Assembly: GCA_038217285.1 (NCBI GenBank)
Contig: JBBQPO010000199.1
Location: 1-11,693 of the forward strand
DNA: 11,693 bases
Reading direction: 5' to 3'
Source of the DNA: Chthonomonadales bacterium
Lineage (GTDB): Bacteria; Armatimonadota; Chthonomonadetes; Chthonomonadales; Chthonomonadaceae
Shown piece by piece: positions 1 to 4,247 of this stretch. The notes under the pieces are model-generated. The model searched no databases and was not told where the DNA came from. It saw only the letters and a list, made by a program, of their open reading frames with translations. Numbering within the stretch: the stretch's first letter is position 1; every line of letters begins with the position of its first letter. Both the position numbers and the translations under genes were made by a program.

Positions 1-473
1 CGACGGGAAATGAGATGGTTGTAGTCACGCACACGACGAGACTCTTTGCCCTGCAGAGTGCGTACTCGCTTGCGAGAGGATTTGGTGTTGTGCCTTTGAA
101 GTCCTCGCCGGAGTTCGTAATGGTGGGAGCGCACAGCCCTGTTCAGGAGCAGCACCAAGAAAAACATGATCCTGCCGCCTACAGCGTGGGTCGTTGGACC
201 TTGCTGCTGGCTGACTGAAAAATGCAGCACATCGTGTTCGCTGTCAAACTGGCGTGTGAATCCCACGACCACTCCTGCATCAGTAACGAGTGCGCTGCCG
301 TCTTCCAGCGACGGATGCTCGACCTGTCCCATCTGCAGGACCTTCCCGACCCAGTCCCCGATCTGCCGATAGTGTACGTCGCTGTAGACCTTCCGGTAGT
401 ACTTCGCTTTGGCTCTTGCTTTGAGCCCGACGAAGGCGATAATGGCCAGAAGCGCAAGGATAATATAGGGCAT
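1..473 (-). CDS. Hypothetical protein with N-terminal membrane anchor; 3'-partial and possibly interrupted near position 141
   Basis: Not in the ORF track because it runs off the window edge. Manual translation from ATG 473 gives MPYIILALLAIIAFVGLKARAKAKYYRKVYSDVHYRQIGDWVGKVLQMGQVEHPSLEDGSALVTDAGVVVGFTRQFDSEHDVLHFSVSQQQGPTTHAVGGRIMFFLVLLLN..., with no stop before base 1. RBS-like AGGTGA lies just upstream. After ~141 the translation turns Arg/Ser-rich and looks unlike a natural protein. Confidence 0.6.
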   Translation of the reverse strand, partial: MPYIILALLAIIAFVGLKARAKAKYYRKVYSDVHYRQIGDWVGKVLQMGQVEHPSLEDGSALVTDAGVVVGFTRQFDSEHDVLHFSVSQQQGPTTHAVGGRIMFFLVLLLNRAVRSHHYELRRGLQRHNTKSSRKRVRTLQGKESRRVRDYNHLISR

Positions 474-515
474 GTGTTCACCTGTCGCGGTTGGAGGTTT
501 GGAGAGTTCGCGCCG

Positions 516-560
516 TTGTCGGTTCCTGTACATATCATGTTATAATACCAGGAAGGAGGT
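516..560 (+). promoter_or_regulatory. Sigma70-type promoter and RBS of the TA operon
   Basis: Perfect extended -10 TGtTATAAT at 538-546. Weak -35 TTGTCG at 516-521 (19-nt spacer). SD AGGAGGT at 554-560, 5 nt before ATG 566. Inverted repeats TTCCTG(523-528)/CAGGAA(549-554) and ACAT-atc-ATGT(530-540) surround the -10. Confidence 0.75.
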
Positions 561-565
561 GTAGA

Positions 566-865
566 ATGGCAGGTATGACTTTTGCCTCGAAACTTAAGGA
601 CGACGGTTCGTTTACCATCCCTCAAGAAGCAGTCGAGACGCTGGGGCTTCATCCCGGTGACGTGATAACCGTTCGGATCGAAGCCAATGGTATTTCCCAT
701 ATCGGGGAGCCGAATCAGGCGGAACTTCAACGGCGGGCCGCTCTCCGATTTGCCGAGGCCGACCGACTGGTTCGAGAACCAGGGAAACCGCTCTCTGATC
801 CGATGGAAGCGGCCTGGGCCACAGGCGTTGAAGAGAAGGCACACAGAATGGGGCTTAAACTGTGA
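566..865 (+). CDS. AbrB/MazE/SpoVT-type antitoxin (VapB-like), 99 aa
   Basis: N-terminus SKLKDDGSFTIPQEAVETLGLHPGDVITVRI fits the swapped-hairpin AbrB pattern (GxxTIPxxxxxxLGLxxGD). Strong SD before ATG 566. Its stop overlaps the GTG start of the PIN gene (GTGA 862-865). Confidence 0.85.
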   Translation: MAGMTFASKLKDDGSFTIPQEAVETLGLHPGDVITVRIEANGISHIGEPNQAELQRRAALRFAEADRLVREPGKPLSDPMEAAWATGVEEKAHRMGLKL

Positions 866-1268
866 CCCTGACGGATGCTGGGCCGCTTGTGGCTCTCGTG
901 GACACCGGACAGCCGCAGAACGCACGGTGTCGCGCTGCCTTCGCGATCCTTCGACTGCCGTTGCTTACGACATGGACCGCGTTTTCCGAGGCGATGTACC
1001 TACTTGGTAGGATCGGCGGATGGCCCCTCCAGCGCAACCTGTGGCATTTCGTTGAAGATGGAACGCTGGTCTTCCATGTCTCTTCGAGAGAAGAGCAAAT
1101 CCGGGTGAGGACGCTGATGGAACAGTATCACGACAGACCGATGGACTAGCAGACGCATCTCTTGTCGCGGTGGCCGAGGCTCGTGGAGACAGGCGCATCT
1201 TCACTATAGACGGTGACTTTTACATTTATCAATGGAATGGCCGGGAACCGTTCGAGGTCATGCCTTGA
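862..1268 (+). pseudogene. vapC: VapC/PIN-domain toxin, frameshifted by a 1-nt deletion at ~1146-1147
   Basis: First frame reads MTLTDAGPLVAL...TAFSEAMYLL...YHDRPMD then TAG (1147-1149). The -1 frame from 1149 continues ADASLVAVAEARGDRRIFTIDGDFYIYQWNGREPFEVMP* (TGA 1266-1268). Adding one base (GAC [C/T]TA GCA) restores the typical PIN motif PMDLADASLV...IFTxDxDF. Confidence 0.88.
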
Positions 1269-1323
1269 AATTTGACAGCGACAAAGTCACCAAGCAATCC
1301 AAAGGCGTCGTGGAGACAGCGAT

Positions 1324-1380
1324 ATGATCACTAATGCCTCCGATCTGAATGTGGCGTTACAGCAACTTACGCAGTTTGCG
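1324..1380 (+). pseudogene. 5' fragment of a small hypothetical gene, cut at the left end of the palindromic element
   Basis: GGAG at 1312-1315 precedes ATG 1324. MITNASDLNVALQQLTQFA is an amphipathic-helix-like start. From codon 20 the ORF reads through the palindromic element, so the 85-aa ORF is probably chimeric. Confidence 0.45.
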
Positions 1381-1606
1381 TTGACGTTTAGACTATTTTC
1401 GCCCGTCCGAAACAGCGATCAAAGACGATTTGAGATCGGAGACCCTAACTCTAATGAAATGCTAGGAATTTATAGCGAGTTGGGTACAGCCCGTTCGCTG
1501 TCCCAAAGTGCTATAAATTCCTGGCAAAACTTTCGGGAAATGCTTTTTGATCTCACTCAACGTCGATGTGGCTCCGTTTGAAGGCTCCATTTAGTCTAAA
1601 CGTCAA
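1381..1606. mobile_element. 226-bp palindromic MITE-like element with perfect 15-bp terminal inverted repeats
   Basis: TTGACGTTTAGACTA (1381-1395) is the exact reverse complement of TAGTCTAAACGTCAA (1592-1606). Nested inverted repeats share the same centre (~1493): TGAGATC 1431-1437/GATCTCA 1549-1555, AGGAATTTATAGC 1464-1476/GCTATAAATTCCT 1510-1522, and TTGGGtACAGC/GCTGTCCCAA around a 6-nt loop. No transposase is encoded and no target duplication is visible. Confidence 0.7.
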
Positions 1607-1800
1607 GCCACTGAAAGTTGGGCGTTATGGAGGTTCATCTTTGAAACCAATTGATCAGGAGTGAGATTCTGAAATGATGGATGCAGTACGCGAAGTTGCG
1701 CGATGAAGGCTGGATCGAATGACAGCCAAAGCTTTAACAGCTGCTTGGACTGGTTCTTTAGATGGCGAATGTTCGGAGATGTTGGAAGATGCTTATTCAT
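1603..1800 (-). pseudogene. Truncated gene encoding an N-terminal 'LPxxPxxxxLKxQxKxLL...AQ' domain (type usually fused to ankyrin or other C-terminal domains)
   Basis: MNKHLPTSPNIRHLKNQSKQLLK...LHNAQLSVA*. SD AAGGGGG lies 5 nt upstream. The stop codon comes from the first bases of the element's terminal repeat, just where the family motif, as I recall it, continues AR.YGF.SW. Confidence 0.65.
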
Positions 1801-1942
1801 AACGACCCCCTTTCATAAATGCCTGATGTCCGTTAGTACAGGCAGAAAGAAGGTGTTCTCATAAGCGAGGACACAGTTAAGTTTGAGAGAAAAAGCATTT
1901 GGCCTATGGCCTTTCAGCGGACAGGTCGCGAATGCGGCGCGA
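1801..1942 (-). ncRNA. Candidate structured 5' leader RNA (cis-regulatory)
   Basis: It lies between a near-consensus promoter and ATG 1800. Hairpins: UCGCG/CGCGA (1942-1926), GGCC-AUA-GGCC (1911-1901), GUGUcCUC/GAGaACAC (1874-1853). A long stem CCUUCUUUC-UGCCUG/CAGGCA-uuuau-GAAAGGGGG (1853-1806) buries the SD. UGUCCG (1923-1918) is complementary to CGGACA (1832-1827) in that stem's loop. Confidence 0.6.
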
Positions 1943-1948
1943 TAGGGT

Positions 1949-1988
1949 ATTTTACCAACAGATTCGCAATCTGTCAAGCTTTGCGAAT
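1949..1988 (-). promoter_or_regulatory. Near-consensus sigma70 promoter with overlapping palindromes
   Basis: Minus strand reads TTGACA (1977-1972), 17 nt, then TAAAAT (1954-1949), with an extended -10 TG. Palindromes: ACAGATT-cgc-AATCTGT (1958-1974) and ATTCGCAA (1962-1969)/TTGCGAAT (1981-1988). Confidence 0.8.
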
Positions 1989-2060
1989 GGATTTTATTTT
2001 TTGAGTGTAACGATCCCTAAATTGGCCGCTCTAGAGCGGATCGGTTACCTTAGAAAGTAT

Positions 2061-2096
2061 GAAAAAGCCGTTCGGTCAACAGGACCGAACGGCTTT
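2061..2096 (-). terminator. Rho-independent terminator of the tRNA gene
   Basis: 14-bp perfect stem AAAGCCGTTCGGTC/GACCGAACGGCTTT (2064-2077/2083-2096) with a 5-nt loop and a T-run on the minus strand, 4 nt downstream of the tRNA CCA. Confidence 0.88.
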
Positions 2097-2100
2097 CAAT

Positions 2101-2177
<77 letters not shown>

Positions 2178-2189
2178 TCATCGAAAAAT

Positions 2190-2218
2190 AGTATGCCACA
2201 GGTCGGGGCCTTTGTCAA
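2190..2218 (-). promoter_or_regulatory. tRNA promoter
   Basis: TTGACA (2218-2213), 17 nt, CATACT (2195-2190), 12 nt upstream of the tRNA 5' end. The -35 box contains the AraC stop codon. Confidence 0.75.
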
Positions 2219-3174
2219 GAGTGGATTGGCGGTTGAGGAGAGGAAAGTTCGGTTGAAGGCACGGTACAGGGTGGCACATCGATGCCTGCGGGGACGACGG
2301 GGGGAGGGGAGGTAGTGCGGCTTTTGCGGTAGTCGCGGGGGCTCTGGCCGATCCCGCGTTTGAAGCGCAGGGTGAAGTAGAAGGGGTTTTCGAAGCCGAG
2401 TTCTTCGGCGATAGAGTGGATGGGTCGGGCGCTGAATTCGAGAAGCTGGCAGGCACGGTCGAGGCGCTGGCGCTCCAGAAACTGGACGGGAGTCAGGCCG
2501 ACCTGCTTGCGGAAGAGATGGCCCAGGCGCGATCCGGACAGGCCGACGACCGCGCCGAGCTGGTCGAGGGAGAGGTTGTGGGTGTAGTTCTGGCAGAGGT
2601 AGTCCATGGCGGCGCGGACACGCCCGTCGATGACCGGCTGACCCTGACGCGGGTTGACGGTGTCACAGAGCAGGAGGGCAGCTTCGAGGGCGTTCATCGC
2701 GAACTCTTCCCGTCGACGGTGCGCGCCCGTCGTGTGGCGCAGCGCCTCGTCGAGTTTGGCGATGATCTCTGCCTGTAGAGCCGCGTCTTCCAGCGTCAGA
2801 TGCACGAGGCCCGGTGCGATCTGTGGCCAGTCCAGCCATTCCAGCCAGTGCGGGTGGGGGTGGAAATGCGCCCAGAGCAGCTCCCACGAGCCCGCCGGAG
2901 TCGCCACACCATAGTCGTGCAGGGCTCCGGGGGGAAGCAGCACCAACTCTCCGGGAGACGTTCGCGCCTCGCCGCCTGCGAACCCGAAACGACCGCTGCC
3001 GCTCAACGTCGCGATCAGCAGCCAGTCGGTCGTACCGTGCGCCCGCCAGGTCGCATACCCACGGCCCTCCTGGAAATGCCCCATGACAAGGTGCCGGAGC
3101 AACGGTCGAACCGCCTCCGCGCGTTGGGGCGGTGCGGAAGTCGTTGGGCGAAAATTATAGGTTTGCAGCGGCAT
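2215..3174 (-). CDS. AraC-family transcriptional regulator (N-terminal cupin-like ligand-binding domain, C-terminal double HTH)
   Basis: C-terminal motif LSLDQLGAVVGLSGSRLGHLFRKQVG...IAEELGFENPFYFTLRFKRGIGQSPRDYR. N-terminal domain resembles arabinose-operon AraC (PGELVLLPPGALHDYG, WELLWAHFHP.PHW.EWL.WP). Pro-rich tail. Confidence 0.95.
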   Translation of the reverse strand: MPLQTYNFRPTTSAPPQRAEAVRPLLRHLVMGHFQEGRGYATWRAHGTTDWLLIATLSGSGRFGFAGGEARTSPGELVLLPPGALHDYGVATPAGSWELLWAHFHPHPHWLEWLDWPQIAPGLVHLTLEDAALQAEIIAKLDEALRHTTGAHRRREEFAMNALEAALLLCDTVNPRQGQPVIDGRVRAAMDYLCQNYTHNLSLDQLGAVVGLSGSRLGHLFRKQVGLTPVQFLERQRLDRACQLLEFSARPIHSIAEELGFENPFYFTLRFKRGIGQSPRDYRKSRTTSPPPVVPAGIDVPPCTVPSTELSSPQPPIHS

Positions 3175-3180
3175 TGCGCC

Positions 3181-3220
3181 TTGTTCCCCTGTCGAAGTGA
3201 TGTTATAGTTATAGTATCAC
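3181..3220. promoter_or_regulatory. Overlapping divergent promoters for araC-like and phyH-like genes
   Basis: Plus strand: TTGTTC (3181-3186), 17 nt, TATAGT (3204-3209) with extended TG. Minus strand: TGaTACTAT (3219-3211). Both are bracketed by GTGAT/ATCAC (3197-3201/3216-3220). Confidence 0.5.
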
Positions 3221-3267
3221 ACGACGCCGGGATGCCGCAAGCGCTGCGGCGACCACAGAGGGAATCT

Positions 3268-4098
3268 ATGCAGACGCACACGCAACACGCGCTGAGCCTG
3301 GAGCAGCAGAAACAGTTCGAGCGCGACGGCTATATCGTCCTTCCTCGCCTCTTCACGAACGCCGAGGTGGACACGATCCGCGACGCCTTCATGGAGGCGA
3401 ACGCCGACGGGCCGATCCCGAATCTCTCTGAGATCAATCCTAACTTCAAGGCCGACGACCCACTCGCCTTCTATCCCCGCATGATGCATCCGCACCGCCA
3501 TCCCGAGCTTCCCATCGGGACTCTTGCGAGGGAGACGATGCTGGACGCCCGTATCGGCGCTACCCTAAAGGATCTGTTTCAAGAGGAGCCTGCCGCCGTG
3601 CAGAGCATGTTCTACTTCAAGCCGCCGGGGGCGCGGGGGCAGGATCTGCATCAGGACAACTACTACCTGCGCGTGAAGCCAGGAACCTGCATCGCCGCCT
3701 GGCTGGCCGTCGATGCCGCCGACCCGGAGAACGGCGGCATGGTCGTGGTGCCGGGTTCAAATCATACCGACGTCGTCTGCCCGGAAAAGTCCGACTCGAC
3801 CCTCTTCTTCACCAACGATCACGTCGCCATTCCGGAAGGGCTGGCAGAAGTCCCTCTCACCCTCAACGCGGGCGATGTCCTGTTTTTCAACGGCAGCGTG
3901 ATCCACGGCTCCTACGGGAACTCCAGCACCGACCGTTTCCGCCGTGCCTTCATCTGCCACTATGTGCCTGTCTCCAGCGCAGAACTGTCGCAGTGGTACA
4001 CGGAGCCCACGACCTTCGACGGCGAACTGGTTGGAATCCCCGCAGCGATCGGCGGCGGACCCTGCGGTGTCGCGGAGACGGTGAAAGGCCCGCACTGA
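3268..4098 (+). CDS. Phytanoyl-CoA dioxygenase (PhyH) family Fe(II)/2-oxoglutarate oxygenase, 276 aa
   Basis: LSLEQQKQFERDGYIVL start, FKPPGARGQDLHQD (HxD), AAWLAVD...ENGGMVVVPGS, GDVLFFNGSVIHGS..N...FRRA. SD GAGGGA before ATG 3268. The longer 2800 start overlaps araC and is rejected. Confidence 0.93.
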   Translation: MQTHTQHALSLEQQKQFERDGYIVLPRLFTNAEVDTIRDAFMEANADGPIPNLSEINPNFKADDPLAFYPRMMHPHRHPELPIGTLARETMLDARIGATLKDLFQEEPAAVQSMFYFKPPGARGQDLHQDNYYLRVKPGTCIAAWLAVDAADPENGGMVVVPGSNHTDVVCPEKSDSTLFFTNDHVAIPEGLAEVPLTLNAGDVLFFNGSVIHGSYGNSSTDRFRRAFICHYVPVSSAELSQWYTEPTTFDGELVGIPAAIGGGPCGVAETVKGPH

Positions 4099-4155
4099 TC
4101 GCCACCAAACACGGAGGAGTCCTCATTACAAGGTGCAACATTGGCGAGGTGCGGC

Positions 4156-4184
4156 TTGTCTAACCTGTCTGAAACGTGTAGAAT
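4156..4184 (+). promoter_or_regulatory. Putative sigma70 promoter for the cytochrome c domain gene
   Basis: TTGTCT (4156-4161), 17 nt, TAGAAT (4179-4184). Confidence 0.5.
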
Positions 4185-4247
4185 GAAGAGGCACATCGCG
4201 TCGCGTTGACGCGGGGCGCCTCTTCGGCATGAAATGAGGGAAAGACC

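Noticed and set aside
1-134. Group II intron 5' end (GTGCG on the minus strand at 134)
   Set aside because: Only a 5-nt match; no recognisable intron domains or RT in the window.
179-925. 248-aa minus-strand ORF and other short ORFs over 15-1204
   Set aside because: Shadow frames of the antitoxin, the toxin and the 473 ORF; no motifs or RBS support.
1147-1149. Amber readthrough (pyrrolysine or recoding) in vapC
   Set aside because: The in-frame continuation (QTHLLSRW...) is not PIN-like. The PIN motif resumes in the -1 frame, so this is a deletion.
1272-1322. TTGACA at 1272 and 8-bp direct repeat GACAGCGA (1274/1315)
   Set aside because: No convincing -10 at the correct spacing, and the repeat is short enough to be chance.
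1381-1606. Integron attC site or invertible shufflon segment
   Set aside because: It is longer than typical attC sites, lacks correctly oriented RYYYAAC/GTTRRRY ends, and no integrase or cassette array is present. Inversion would leave the TGA in the 1800 gene and give only a short tail to the 1324 gene.
2800-3267. N-terminal extensions of phyH (from 2800), rmd-like (to 9215) and kdsA (to 10821)
   Set aside because: They overlap neighbouring genes, and downstream starts with SD sequences match the family N-termini.
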